A stretch of DNA of 64,000 nt from an uncultured Gemmatimonadaceae bacterium (GTDB taxonomy: Bacteria > Gemmatimonadota > Gemmatimonadetes > Gemmatimonadales > Gemmatimonadaceae): positions 1,088,001-1,152,000 of the forward strand of contig CAWFQK010000002.1 of the NCBI GenBank assembly GCA_963817955.1. The letters run 5' to 3'. A model generated the notes under the pieces. That model made no database searches. It was not told the DNA's origin and saw only the letters and a list, made by a program, of their open reading frames with translations. This document shows positions 1-10,175 of the stretch, in pieces. Every line of letters starts with the position of its first letter. Position 1 is the stretch's first letter. Position numbers and translations under genes: made by a program.

Positions 1-1673
1 GTGAGCGCGGGATCGAACGGCACGTCCGCGAAGTCCGTGCTCGGGTACCGAAGGAAGTACCACGCGCTGTCGAGGAACGTGTCCGACACGTCAGTCTCGC
101 GTCGCGCCGCCCCGCCGCACGACGGGCAGGTCACTCGATACCAGGATTCGACCCGCGCCAACGGCGAGATGCCGGTGTCGTCCGGCTTGAAATCTTCGAC
201 GAACGGCAGCTCGACGGGCAGGTCGCGCTCCGGCACCGGCACCGTACCACACGTGTCGCAGTAGATGATCGGGATGGGCGGACCCCAGTAGCGCTGTCGA
301 GAAATACACCAATCGTGCAGACGGTAGTTCACGACACCCCGTGCGTGGCCGCGCCGCTCGAGCCACTCAACGATACGCGCCTTTGCCTCGCCGACGTTCA
401 ATCCACTGAACTCGCCCGAGTTCACGATGTGGACATTGTCCGTTTCGGTATATGCTTGCTCGGCGGGCGGCTGCGTGTCGTTCGTGACATCGTCCGCGAC
501 GACACGAACGATCGGCAGATCGAATGCCCGGGCAAATTCGAAGTCGCGTTCGTCGTGTCCCGGCACGGCCATGATCGCGCCGGTGCCGTACTCCATCAAC
601 ACATAATCCGCGATCCAGATCGGGATCGGCTGCTGCGTGGCGGGATTGATCGCGAACGAACCGGTGAACACACCCGTCTTGTCCTTGTTCACCTTGCGCG
701 AGACGATGTCCTGTTTCGCCGCGCGATTCTTGTACTCCTGCACATCGGCGCGCTGCTCGTCCGCCGTCAAGGCGTCGACGAGCGGGTGCTCTGGCGCGAG
801 CACCAGATACGTCGCCCCGAAGATCGTGTCGGGACGCGTGGTGAACACACGGATGTCGATCGGCTGCGCGGTGAACTCACCGCTCATGCCGCTGGCAATC
901 GTCGCGCTGCCAGTGAGCTCCTCCAGGTCCTGCACACGGAAGCCGATCTCGGCGCCGTCCGAGCGTCCGATCCAGTTGCGTTGCGCTTGCTTCGTGGAGT
1001 CCGACCAATCCAGCCAGTCGAGATTGGAAAGCAGACGTCCCGCATAGTCGGTAATGCGGAAGAACCACTGCTCTAGGAAACGCTGTTCGACCTTGGCGCC
1101 ACAGCGTTCGCATTCGCCGGCAATGACTTGCTCGTTGGCGAGAACCGTCTTGTCGTTCGGGCACCAATTCACGGCTGCCCGCTTCTTATAAGCGAGGCCG
1201 CGCTTGAATAATTCCAGGAAGACCCATTGCGTCCACTTGTAGTAGTCGGCGTCCGTGGTGGACAGCTCGTGCCGCCAATCGATCATCAACCCAGCACGCG
1301 TGAGCTGACGCCGGAAGTTGTCGATGTTCTTGGGGATGAGCACCGAGGGATGCGTCCCTACCTTCAGCGCAAAGTTTTCGGAATGGATACCGAACGCGTC
1401 GAACCCCAGGGGTTCGAATACTGTGTGCCCTTGAAGCCGCTGGAATCGTCCATAGATGTCGTTGCCCGTGAAGGCGAAGAGATTGCCCACATGGAGCCCC
1501 TCGGCCGACGGGTACGGAAACATCATGAGCGCGTAGAACGGACGCACGCCGGCAGCGAGGTCGGTGTGGTTCGTACCGCGCGTTTCCCAACGCTCCTGCC
1601 ATTTCCGCTCGATGGCGGCGGGATCGTAGCCGGCCGACTCTTCAGCCGGCGTCTGATGGATCGATTCTGTCAT
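1..1673 (-). CDS. leuS: Leucine--tRNA ligase, 5' part (runs off the window start)
   Basis: Manual minus-strand translation from ATG at 1673: MTESIHQ...YDPAAIERKWQERW...LMMFPYPSAEGLHVGN (HIGH-like); later VFTTRPDTIFGATY and YGTGAIMAVPGHDERD editing-domain motifs. Absent from the ORF track because it has no stop in the window. Confidence 0.97.
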   Translation of the reverse strand, partial: MTESIHQTPAEESAGYDPAAIERKWQERWETRGTNHTDLAAGVRPFYALMMFPYPSAEGLHVGNLFAFTGNDIYGRFQRLQGHTVFEPLGFDAFGIHSENFALKVGTHPSVLIPKNIDNFRRQLTRAGLMIDWRHELSTTDADYYKWTQWVFLELFKRGLAYKKRAAVNWCPNDKTVLANEQVIAGECERCGAKVEQRFLEQWFFRITDYAGRLLSNLDWLDWSDSTKQAQRNWIGRSDGAEIGFRVQDLEELTGSATIASGMSGEFTAQPIDIRVFTTRPDTIFGATYLVLAPEHPLVDALTADEQRADVQEYKNRAAKQDIVSRKVNKDKTGVFTGSFAINPATQQPIPIWIADYVLMEYGTGAIMAVPGHDERDFEFARAFDLPIVRVVADDVTNDTQPPAEQAYTETDNVHIVNSGEFSGLNVGEAKARIVEWLERRGHARGVVNYRLHDWCISRQRYWGPPIPIIYCDTCGTVPVPERDLPVELPFVEDFKPDDTGISPLARVESWYRVTCPSCGGAARRETDVSDTFLDSAWYFLRYPSTDFADVPFDPAL

Positions 1674-1781
1674 ATTGACAGCGAAATTTAGCGGCTGATG
1701 AACCTCCGTCCCAGTACAAGCATTCTCTCGATCACCGATGGCGCTGTTGGCGAGCGGTCGGCACAGTCGCTCCGCCGGCGT

Positions 1782-3926
1782 ATGAGCATCAGCGCCGGCA
1801 TGATCGCGCTGGTCGTCCTGGCCGCCGTCGGCTACGCAGGACAGCTGTTCCTCAAGCGTTCCATGGCTGGTGAGGAGGATGCACGCATCGCGAATGCGGC
1901 CTCGCTCTCCAAGCAGTTGGTCGACCGGGTCCTCGAGGAACGGATGCGGCAGGTTGAGCTCATTGCCTCGGCGCCCACCGTCATTGGAGCCGCCAAGAAG
2001 GGCGGCGAGCTCTCGCGCCAGCGCAACCTGCCCAAGCTGACCATCGATCAGCTCGAGGCAATGTTCAAGGCGACGCGCTCGCAACAGGTGGACCAGGCGG
2101 CCCGCCGGTATCTCACCGACTTGCTCCCGAAACTCGATATCGCCGAAGTCATGGTGACCGACGCGTACGGGTACAACGCCGAGACCACCTCGCCCTCGTC
2201 CGACTTCGTACAAAGTGACGAAGGGTGGTGGCAGACAACCTGGGCAAAAGGTGCGACCACCGCGCAGGCAGCTGCAGACCCGGCCACACAAAAGACTGTC
2301 GTCGAGCTCGCCGGAATTGTCCGTGACGGGCCCACAAGAGTTGGCGTGGTCAAGGTGAAGTTCGGTTTGTCGGCGGTAGATTCGGTGCTCTCCCAGGGGA
2401 GTGCCGGGGGCACGATGCTACGGGTTGATCTCGTAGACTCGACGGGCAAGATCATCGCCAGCTCAATCCCCGCGACGCGATTCAAATCGTTCGGAGGATG
2501 GGGATCAGTTGGCTCGCACGAGACAGCCCAGGTCTTCGATTTCACCGGCGATTCCAGCCTGCAACGGGGCGCGGTGGCGCGTTCGAATGGCGGACAGTGG
2601 CGAATCGTCGCCCACATGAGCGAAGCGGATGCGACGCAGTCGTATGACGTCGCGCGTTGGGCACTCGCGGCAGGACTAATAGTCATGCTGGGGATGGCCG
2701 TCGTCGCCCTGATAGTCGTCGGCCGGTTCGTGGAGCGGCGCATCACCGGACCTGCCCTGGAACTGGCGACAATCGCCGAGGCGGTGGCCGGCGGCGACCT
2801 ATCGAAGCAAGTCACCAACATCGAGTCGCACGACGAGATCGGCCGCCTGGCCCGAGCGATTTCCGCAATGATCGCCGAGCTGCGCCGCTTGGCGATGGCG
2901 CTCAACGAGTCTGCAACGGAAACGGCGAGCATGACGGCAGAGATCACCGCCAGCTCAGAAGAAATGGCGGCATCGGCTGGGCAGATCGCTTCCACCGCGT
3001 CGGATCTGAGCCAACAATCCAATGCTATGGCCGGGACAATTCAGGCATTGGTCGGCTCGTCGGAACACCTTGTCGGAGTGGCTGCGGGTTTGGACAAGGG
3101 CGCCCAAGAAGGGGTGGAGCGAAACACGCGCCTGCGGTCCCTGGCGCTCGACAACCGAGCGCGACTCGACGACAGCTCGCGATCGCTGACCATGCTGTCG
3201 GATGACGTCGCGGCCAGCGCGTCGGCGATCGACCAACTCGCAGTGGCGTCGGAAGAGGTGCGGACCTTCGTGTCGCTCGTGCAGAAATTGGCGCGGCAGT
3301 CCAAACTCCTGGCCCTCAATGCGGCGATGGAAGCGGCACGCGCCGGCGAGCACGGGCATGGTTTCGCAGTTGTCGCCGAGGAGGTACGCCGACTCGCGGC
3401 AATGTCATCTGATGCCGCGGAGCGTACGGAACGGGTCGTGAGCGGCGTGCTGAACGGCATTGCCCAGTCGCGCAGTTCGAGCGAGCGCACTGTGGAGACG
3501 GTGCGCGCAGTACGCGGCGCCACGGAAGAGGGTTCTCGTTCCTTTGGACAGATCGAAACCGCAGTCGCCGAAGCGGACGCTTGGACATCCTCGATTCAGG
3601 GCGCGGTTACAGCGGCCAACGAGCTCGCGCGAGAGATGAGCGTACGGCTGGATTCGCTCTCCAGCGGCACCGAGGCGTTCGCTGCAGCAATGGAGGAAGT
3701 GGCTGCTTCGAGCGAGGAGCAAAGCGCGAGCACGGAGGAGATCGCTGCAGCCGCAGCAACACTGGCCGGCGCGGCGGACCGCCTCATGAGAATCGTCTCG
3801 AATCTCCGGCTCGATCAGGCGTCGCGACCGTCCGGTGAGCATGTGCGCGTGGGCGTCCCCGTTCGTGTGCCCCCCGATGTCACCATTGGTCGCCCGACTC
3901 CGGTACGCGGAACGGCGAAAGTCTAG
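1782..3926 (+). CDS. Methyl-accepting chemotaxis protein (Cache-like sensor, HAMP, signalling domain)
   Basis: Two TM segments, HAMP (DEIGRLARA), hairpin tip LLALNAAMEAARAGEHGHGFAVVAEEVRRLA. Start uncertain (ORF opens at 1698). Confidence 0.93.
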   Translation: MSISAGMIALVVLAAVGYAGQLFLKRSMAGEEDARIANAASLSKQLVDRVLEERMRQVELIASAPTVIGAAKKGGELSRQRNLPKLTIDQLEAMFKATRSQQVDQAARRYLTDLLPKLDIAEVMVTDAYGYNAETTSPSSDFVQSDEGWWQTTWAKGATTAQAAADPATQKTVVELAGIVRDGPTRVGVVKVKFGLSAVDSVLSQGSAGGTMLRVDLVDSTGKIIASSIPATRFKSFGGWGSVGSHETAQVFDFTGDSSLQRGAVARSNGGQWRIVAHMSEADATQSYDVARWALAAGLIVMLGMAVVALIVVGRFVERRITGPALELATIAEAVAGGDLSKQVTNIESHDEIGRLARAISAMIAELRRLAMALNESATETASMTAEITASSEEMAASAGQIASTASDLSQQSNAMAGTIQALVGSSEHLVGVAAGLDKGAQEGVERNTRLRSLALDNRARLDDSSRSLTMLSDDVAASASAIDQLAVASEEVRTFVSLVQKLARQSKLLALNAAMEAARAGEHGHGFAVVAEEVRRLAAMSSDAAERTERVVSGVLNGIAQSRSSSERTVETVRAVRGATEEGSRSFGQIETAVAEADAWTSSIQGAVTAANELAREMSVRLDSLSSGTEAFAAAMEEVAASSEEQSASTEEIAAAAATLAGAADRLMRIVSNLRLDQASRPSGEHVRVGVPVRVPPDVTIGRPTPVRGTAKV

Positions 3927-5860
3927 CGCGTGGCGGGCGAAAGCGGACGGATCCACCCATTGAACCGAATGGGGATCCATCGGCTGTCGGGCGAACCGTG
4001 CTCCGGGCCGATCGACGCAATCGCAACCGTCGCGCCCGCCGCCGCGAATTCGGCGAGCAGCGAGTCCTGCGCCGCTGAAGGCAAACTCCAAAAAGCGGCG
4101 GCGCGGGGCTTGGGGACGTTCGCGGCGATGTGCAACCTGGCAGTACGCACCCAATAAGATTCCGCGTGCGGCCCAACGAGCGCGATGCGTGTGCCGGGGG
4201 TGATACCGTGCGCCGCGAGTTCGCGCGCGATGTTCCACTGCACGTTCCCCCATCGTCCGGACGCGCCACGATCGCGCGCATCCAGGTCTTGATTGAATCG
4301 GAGCTGCAAGCGCAGAAGCAGCGTAATGAGAAGCAGCAGTCCCATTGCCCCCAGTGTACGCTGCGCAAAGTCCACGGTTCTCCGATTGCGCACCGCCGCC
4401 CGTGACGCGAACCACAAGCCGATGGCGAGGGACACGGCGCCCAGGCGCAGGAGCGTTGGCGCGAACGGTGGGAAAATCACGCGGGTGACGACGAGCGCCG
4501 CCACGACGAGTATGCCCCACGCGACGCGTGACCGCACGCGAAGCACGGCACCGGCAAGCATGCCGCCGAGCACGGACGTGATCAGTGCAAGTCCGAGGAT
4601 GGTCTGGGGACTCAATGCCTCGAGCGCGATTGGAACGGCCACGCCGAACAGGGCCAGCAGCGGCAGCATGCGTCGGGGACGAGGGAGTGTCGCAAGCAAC
4701 ACCAACGTTCCGGATAGCGCAAAGGGCATGACGTACCGCGCAGTGACTATCACCATCGCGTAGGCGAGCATGCCTGCGAGCGCCGGCACGTAGACGATCC
4801 AGCCGCCCCACCACGCGACCCTGCGCGTCCCCCGCGGCGCGCACGCAATGAGCAGAAACAGAAAGAGCAGCGGCGTCAGATTCTGCACGTAGAACCGCTG
4901 AAAGACTCCCAGCGTGCCCAGTTGCTGACTCAGGCTGAAACGTGGGTGCAGCACTGCGTTCCACCGCGCGGGATCGTACCACATCGGATCGCTGCCCGGC
5001 GCAGCCCCGGTGACGCCGACACCTGGCAGTATCATCTCCGTACGCGCCGTGCGCGTGCCAGGCGGAACACCGCCGCGCGACGGCGCATCTTCCATGTTCA
5101 CGTACCACACGTACGTCAAGCGACCCGTGTCGCCGAAGGTGGGATGTCCGGCCACCCGCGACAGCGCCACGGTCCAGGGCAGCACGATCGCGAGCCACAC
5201 CCCGGCGCTCACGGCCACCGTCTTCCACCGCCGTTGGCGCATGGCGCTAGCGAGCGTCCCGAGACAAACGAGCGCCCACGGCACCATGAACGATTTGGCT
5301 AGCGCGCCGACACCAAGTGCGACACCGAGCACGGCGGCATTGCGCCAAATGTGTTCCTCCGAGCCCCGCAATCGTAACAGTGCGCCGAACGCGACGAAAA
5401 CGGCCGCACCACTCAACAGGTCGGGCGTCGTGAGCTCTAGCGGAATCATCGTGAGCGCGAAGCAGCCGAACAGCACGAACGCGCCGGCGAGGCCCCAGGA
5501 GCCGCCGAGCACCGATCCTCTGGTAGATGACGCGATGGCGCGCACCGCGCCGAGCATGTAGTCGAACGCCGCCAGCATCGCGACGAAGCAGGCGAAGTTG
5601 ACGGCGTGCACCACGCCGATCTCCGTCGCGGGGCCGGCGCCGCTTATGGCACGCGCAATTCCGATCAGCGCTGGGTAGAGGGGACTCCAGTAGACGTTGA
5701 GCAGCTCTGACCAGCGGCCGTTGACCACGGCGTCGCTCAGGTCCAGATACGACATGCCGTCCGGACTGATCGTGAATCGCTGCGCGTATGCTTGAAAGCC
5801 CGCGAGCGCCAGAAGGATCACCCAGGCTCCGACGCGAATTCGTGATTCTCGCCGCGTCAC
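3923..5860 (-). CDS. Polytopic membrane protein, possibly GT-C fold glycosyltransferase-like
   Basis: Many hydrophobic helices; first-loop ISPDGMSYLD...YWSPLYP resembles the GT-C acidic loop; GTG start overlaps the stop of the K+ channel gene. Confidence 0.6.
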   Translation of the reverse strand: MTRRESRIRVGAWVILLALAGFQAYAQRFTISPDGMSYLDLSDAVVNGRWSELLNVYWSPLYPALIGIARAISGAGPATEIGVVHAVNFACFVAMLAAFDYMLGAVRAIASSTRGSVLGGSWGLAGAFVLFGCFALTMIPLELTTPDLLSGAAVFVAFGALLRLRGSEEHIWRNAAVLGVALGVGALAKSFMVPWALVCLGTLASAMRQRRWKTVAVSAGVWLAIVLPWTVALSRVAGHPTFGDTGRLTYVWYVNMEDAPSRGGVPPGTRTARTEMILPGVGVTGAAPGSDPMWYDPARWNAVLHPRFSLSQQLGTLGVFQRFYVQNLTPLLFLFLLIACAPRGTRRVAWWGGWIVYVPALAGMLAYAMVIVTARYVMPFALSGTLVLLATLPRPRRMLPLLALFGVAVPIALEALSPQTILGLALITSVLGGMLAGAVLRVRSRVAWGILVVAALVVTRVIFPPFAPTLLRLGAVSLAIGLWFASRAAVRNRRTVDFAQRTLGAMGLLLLITLLLRLQLRFNQDLDARDRGASGRWGNVQWNIARELAAHGITPGTRIALVGPHAESYWVRTARLHIAANVPKPRAAAFWSLPSAAQDSLLAEFAAAGATVAIASIGPEHGSPDSRWIPIRFNGWIRPLSPATR

Positions 5861-6951
5861 TTCATTCCGGCCACGCCACGCGCGGGCGTCGGCATTACAC
5901 CATTGGCAACACCGCAGGTGGTGCGCAGGACATTCACGCCAGCCGGGTCGCCCATCACGATCAGCACGAGCCCCGGAACGATGCGATGCGAATCCGGCGG
6001 GTTGTACCGGTAGTCGCCGGTGAGCGGATCCTTGATCGCCAACAGCAGGCAATTCGCCCGATCATGCGTGTTGAGCTGCAGGAGGGTCATACCAACTACG
6101 GGCGAATTGTCAGGCACCACGACTTCTTCAATGCGCAGGTTGCGATCGGTATCGCGCAGCATCATATCGAGAAAGCTGACGACGCTCGGCCGAATCAACT
6201 CACTTGCCATGCGCATGCCGCCGATCAACGCGGGCGACACGACGCCGTCCGCGCCCGCTTGCCGCAGGCGCACCATGGACCGCTCGTTCGCGGCGCGGGC
6301 AATGATGCGTATCGCGGGATTGAGCTGGCGCGCCGTCACGGTGGTGACCAGCGAGTCCTTGTCGATTGTCGTGCAGATGACGATGCCTTCGGCCCGGTTC
6401 ACGCCGGCCTGAAGCAATACCTGATCGTCGGTGAAATCCGCCTGCAGCACCGGCACGTCGGGAAAGTCGTGTTCGACGCGACTGACGCGCGCCGGTTCGA
6501 CCTCGAGCGCCACGACGGCCCGTTGCGTCTTCACCAACTCGGCGATCACGGCGTAGCCGGTGGCGCCGGCACCGCACACGATGTAATGGCCGCTCATCTC
6601 CTTGACCGCGCGCCGCATGCGGTGTCTCCTGAACCCCTGCGTGAGATCGCCCTCGATGACGAAGGCAGTGATGATCGAGATCGCGTAGACTACACTGCCG
6701 GCGCCGATGAACAGCATCACGACAGTGAACAGCATGGCGGTCGGATTGTCGGCGATGTCGATCGCCTCTCTGAAGCCGGTCGTCGTGAGAACGTTCGCGG
6801 TCATGTAGACCGCTTGCATCCACGTATGCTGCGGACCGCCAAGCCACTTGTACCCGAACACCCCGATCGCGAACAGACTGCCGATGAGCAGCCCGGCGAA
6901 CCGAAGCCGTTTGCCCAACGGCGAAAGTTCCGGCGGTGTACGGTCTGCCAT
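5857..6951 (-). CDS. Potassium channel protein with RCK (TrkA-N/TrkA-C) domains
   Basis: 2 TM plus pore loop TTTGFRE; Rossmann HYIVCGAGATG; C-terminal TrkA-C. Confidence 0.92.
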   Translation of the reverse strand: MADRTPPELSPLGKRLRFAGLLIGSLFAIGVFGYKWLGGPQHTWMQAVYMTANVLTTTGFREAIDIADNPTAMLFTVVMLFIGAGSVVYAISIITAFVIEGDLTQGFRRHRMRRAVKEMSGHYIVCGAGATGYAVIAELVKTQRAVVALEVEPARVSRVEHDFPDVPVLQADFTDDQVLLQAGVNRAEGIVICTTIDKDSLVTTVTARQLNPAIRIIARAANERSMVRLRQAGADGVVSPALIGGMRMASELIRPSVVSFLDMMLRDTDRNLRIEEVVVPDNSPVVGMTLLQLNTHDRANCLLLAIKDPLTGDYRYNPPDSHRIVPGLVLIVMGDPAGVNVLRTTCGVANGVMPTPARGVAGMK

Positions 6952-6966
6952 GGGCCGGAAAGACCG

Positions 6967-8169
6967 CTACGGCTTGACCATCACGCCGCTGATCGGGCCC
7001 TTCGGCTGCTCCGATTGCTTGAACAGGTAGGCGCAGTCCTCCAGCCGGGCACCGCTCGCGTCCGCGACGGCAAACTTGGAATTCTCATAACAGCAGGCAC
7101 CGGCGTACTCACCCTTCTTGTTCACGGCGTAGTACTGGAGCTGGAAGTACGGGCGGCCCCGATCGTCCAACAGACGTTTCTCTGTCATGGCAATGACACG
7201 CTCCATGACCTTCATGAGCGCCTGCTGCGGCGCCATGCCCTGGCGCATGAACTCCACGGCGAGGAACGCGCCGCAGACCTTCATATTGGCCTCGCCGCGA
7301 CCGGTCGAACCGGCCGCACCGATGTCGTTGTCGCAGTACTGGCCGGCACCAATGATTGGTGAGTCGCCCACGCGCCCGGGAATCTTCCACGACAGTCCGC
7401 TCGTCGTCGTTACCGACGCGATGTCTCCGCCTGCCGTGACCGCGTTCATGTTGATCGTGCCGTACGTATACGGTACGCCCTGCGCGTCAAAGTACACATG
7501 GCTGACCGAACGATCATCGCCCTCGCCCGGCCGGCCCGCACCGTTCGGCAAGGGGCGCCGCGCAGGCGAATCGACCGGGTCCAGCCAATTGTCGGTCGGG
7601 TTGAGCTTCGACTTCCACCGCAGCCAGGCACGACGGCTGTCTTCGGTAAGCAGATTCTGCTCTTTGAAGCCCAGTTCGAGCGCGAACTTCTTTGCGCCGG
7701 CGCCCACCAACATGATGTGATCGGTGTGGTCCATCACCGCCTGCGCCACCGCCGCCGCCGTAGCCACGTCCTCTAAACAACCGACTGCCCCGGCACGTTT
7801 CGTGGGTCCATGCATGCAGCTCGCGTCGAGCTGCACCACGCCTTCCTCGTTCGGCAAACCGCCGAGTCCAACGCTCTGGTCGGCCGGATTCAGCTCGACC
7901 ACCTGCACCCCGGCGACAATGGCATCCAGCGGATCCGATCCGCCGGCCACCATATCGTACGCCACTTGAATGCCGCGTTTCCCGTTCCCGTCGACCGTGT
8001 AGCCATTCGCCGCAGACACCACTACTGGCCGGCCAACGAACAATGATGGCACGAGTTCGGAACGGTCGCGGACGGTAATGACTGGCAAAGCGTTGGCGAA
8101 CTTTGGCAGCGCGAGGCCGGCCGCGGCTGCGGCACCGGCGCCGAGGAAATCACGGCGGGAAACGGACAT
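6967..8169 (-). CDS. N(4)-(beta-N-acetylglucosaminyl)-L-asparaginase / Ntn-hydrolase with Tat signal
   Basis: SRRDFL Tat motif; LDASCMHG, YG|TINM autocleavage Thr, KIPGRVGDSPIIGAG, STGRGE. Confidence 0.92.
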   Translation of the reverse strand: MSVSRRDFLGAGAAAAAGLALPKFANALPVITVRDRSELVPSLFVGRPVVVSAANGYTVDGNGKRGIQVAYDMVAGGSDPLDAIVAGVQVVELNPADQSVGLGGLPNEEGVVQLDASCMHGPTKRAGAVGCLEDVATAAAVAQAVMDHTDHIMLVGAGAKKFALELGFKEQNLLTEDSRRAWLRWKSKLNPTDNWLDPVDSPARRPLPNGAGRPGEGDDRSVSHVYFDAQGVPYTYGTINMNAVTAGGDIASVTTTSGLSWKIPGRVGDSPIIGAGQYCDNDIGAAGSTGRGEANMKVCGAFLAVEFMRQGMAPQQALMKVMERVIAMTEKRLLDDRGRPYFQLQYYAVNKKGEYAGACCYENSKFAVADASGARLEDCAYLFKQSEQPKGPISGVMVKP

Positions 8170-8268
8170 AGGACGCTCCGGGAAGCGAGGGAGAATCGGA
8201 ATCATACTGCCCCGGTCGGCCGTCGGCCATCCACTTGGCTGTCACTTTCCAATTATTATGAACGCACT

Positions 8269-10131
8269 ATGTCCTCCTCCCTAGTCCGCAACCGCCTCGG
8301 CGGCGCGAAGTTTCTCGACGGCCTGACTGAATCGGCCCTCCACCAGCTCACTAAGCTCGTCGCACCGGCCACCTACGAGTGCGACCAGATCCTTTTTGAA
8401 GAAGGGTCGCCTCGTACGTTCATGGCGATCCTCGTGTCCGGTGCCGTCGCCATTGAAAAAGGGCTGAACGGCCGGTCAGTCCGGCTCGTTACCCTCGGCG
8501 CGGGCCAGGCGCTGGGCGAAGGGCTGCTGCTCGATTCATCACCGCACGGCACAAGTGCCCGCGCCATACAGCGGACCGAAGCCTATGTCCTTACGGACCA
8601 GCAGATCCAGGACTTGGTGAAGGACTATCCGACCGTATACGCGGCGCTGGTCGCGAGAGCTGCACGTTCGATCTCGCAACGACTTGCGGCGACTGATGCC
8701 ACGCTCGTCGGTCACGGCCGGGCGCTCGGTTTCACCGGCGCTCGTACCCGCTCAGAGCACGACCTGCTCGGCGATCGCGACGTTCCCCAGGAAGCGCTCT
8801 ACGGCGTGCAGACGCTCCGAGCCATGGAAAATTTCCCGATCACGGGCATTCCGCTGCGCGAATTTCCCGTACTGATCGAAGCACTGGGAGCCGTGAAAGA
8901 GGCTGCGGCACTCGCCAACGCCGAGCTAGGACTCCTCGACAAGGGCGTTGCCGAACTCATCGTCCGTGCCTCGGCCGAGTTGCGCGCCGGCCGACACCAC
9001 GAGCACTTCGTGGTCGACATGATCCAGGGCGGCGCTGGAACCTCTACGAACATGAACGCCAACGAGGTCATCGCCAACCGTGCGCTGGAATTGATGGGGG
9101 CTGAACGAGGCGATTACACGAAGGTGCATCCAAACAGCCACGTGAACCTCAGCCAGTCGACGAACGACGTCTATCCCACGGCGGTCAAGCTCGCGCTCCA
9201 TCACGCGATCGAAGAACTGCGCACGGCCATGAGCCAGCTCGCCGCCGCCTTCCTGGCGAAGGGTGAAGAGTTCGCGCCGCACATCAAGATGGGCCGCACA
9301 CAGCTTCAGGACGCGGTGCCAATGACCCTTGGCCAGGAATTCCGCGCCTTCGGTCATACTATTCTCGAAGACGTCGAGCGCCTGGGCGAAGCCCAAGCAC
9401 TCATCCGCGAGATCAACATGGGCGCCACGGCAATCGGCACCGGCATCAATGCGCCGGCCGGCTATGCCGCCACCGTCTGTCGGGAGTTGTCGCGTATCAC
9501 CGGGCTGTCCCTGATCACGGCGTTCGATCTCGTCGAGGCGACGGCGGACACCGGCGCGTTCGTACAACTCTCCGGTGTGCTCAAGCGCTGCGCCGTCAAG
9601 ATATCCAAGATCTGCAACGATCTCCGCTTGCTCAGCTCAGGACCGCGCGCTGGGCTCGGCGAGATCAACCTTCCGGCCATGCAGCCCGGGTCGTCGATCA
9701 TGCCGGGCAAGGTAAACCCGGTGATCCCGGAGGTCGTGAACCAGGTCTGTTTCGATGTGATCGGCGGCGACATGACCGTGACGATGGCGGCCGAGGCGGG
9801 TCAGCTCCAACTCAACGTATTCGAGCCTGTGATCGCCTATCGTTTGCTGCGCAGCATCGAGATGATGCGGAACGGATGCAACGTGCTACGTGAGCGTTGT
9901 GTGGACGGCATCACGCCGAATCCATCACGCATGCGGTACTTCGTCGAGCATTCCATCGGCATCGTGACGGCGCTCGTTCCGGTGATCGGCTACGAGCAAG
10001 CCACGTCAATGGCCAAGGAGGCACTCGATTCAGGGAAGGGCGTCTTCGAGGTAGTGTTGGCGCGCGGAGTGCTCACTCGAGAACAGCTCGACCGCATCCT
10101 CGATCCAGAAGCGATGCTCGGCGCGACGTAA
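8269..10131 (+). CDS. aspA: Aspartate ammonia-lyase with N-terminal cyclic-nucleotide-binding domain
   Basis: N-terminal cNMP fold (ILFEEG...GQALGE...HGTSARA); aspartase motifs QGGAGTSTNMNANE, KMGRTQLQDA, GSSIMPGKVNPVIPE. Confidence 0.93.
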   Translation: MSSSLVRNRLGGAKFLDGLTESALHQLTKLVAPATYECDQILFEEGSPRTFMAILVSGAVAIEKGLNGRSVRLVTLGAGQALGEGLLLDSSPHGTSARAIQRTEAYVLTDQQIQDLVKDYPTVYAALVARAARSISQRLAATDATLVGHGRALGFTGARTRSEHDLLGDRDVPQEALYGVQTLRAMENFPITGIPLREFPVLIEALGAVKEAAALANAELGLLDKGVAELIVRASAELRAGRHHEHFVVDMIQGGAGTSTNMNANEVIANRALELMGAERGDYTKVHPNSHVNLSQSTNDVYPTAVKLALHHAIEELRTAMSQLAAAFLAKGEEFAPHIKMGRTQLQDAVPMTLGQEFRAFGHTILEDVERLGEAQALIREINMGATAIGTGINAPAGYAATVCRELSRITGLSLITAFDLVEATADTGAFVQLSGVLKRCAVKISKICNDLRLLSSGPRAGLGEINLPAMQPGSSIMPGKVNPVIPEVVNQVCFDVIGGDMTVTMAAEAGQLQLNVFEPVIAYRLLRSIEMMRNGCNVLRERCVDGITPNPSRMRYFVEHSIGIVTALVPVIGYEQATSMAKEALDSGKGVFEVVLARGVLTREQLDRILDPEAMLGAT

Positions 10132-10175
10132 TGGGGCGCTGCTCGTAACTCGAATCTCGTCCCATATCCATCGCC

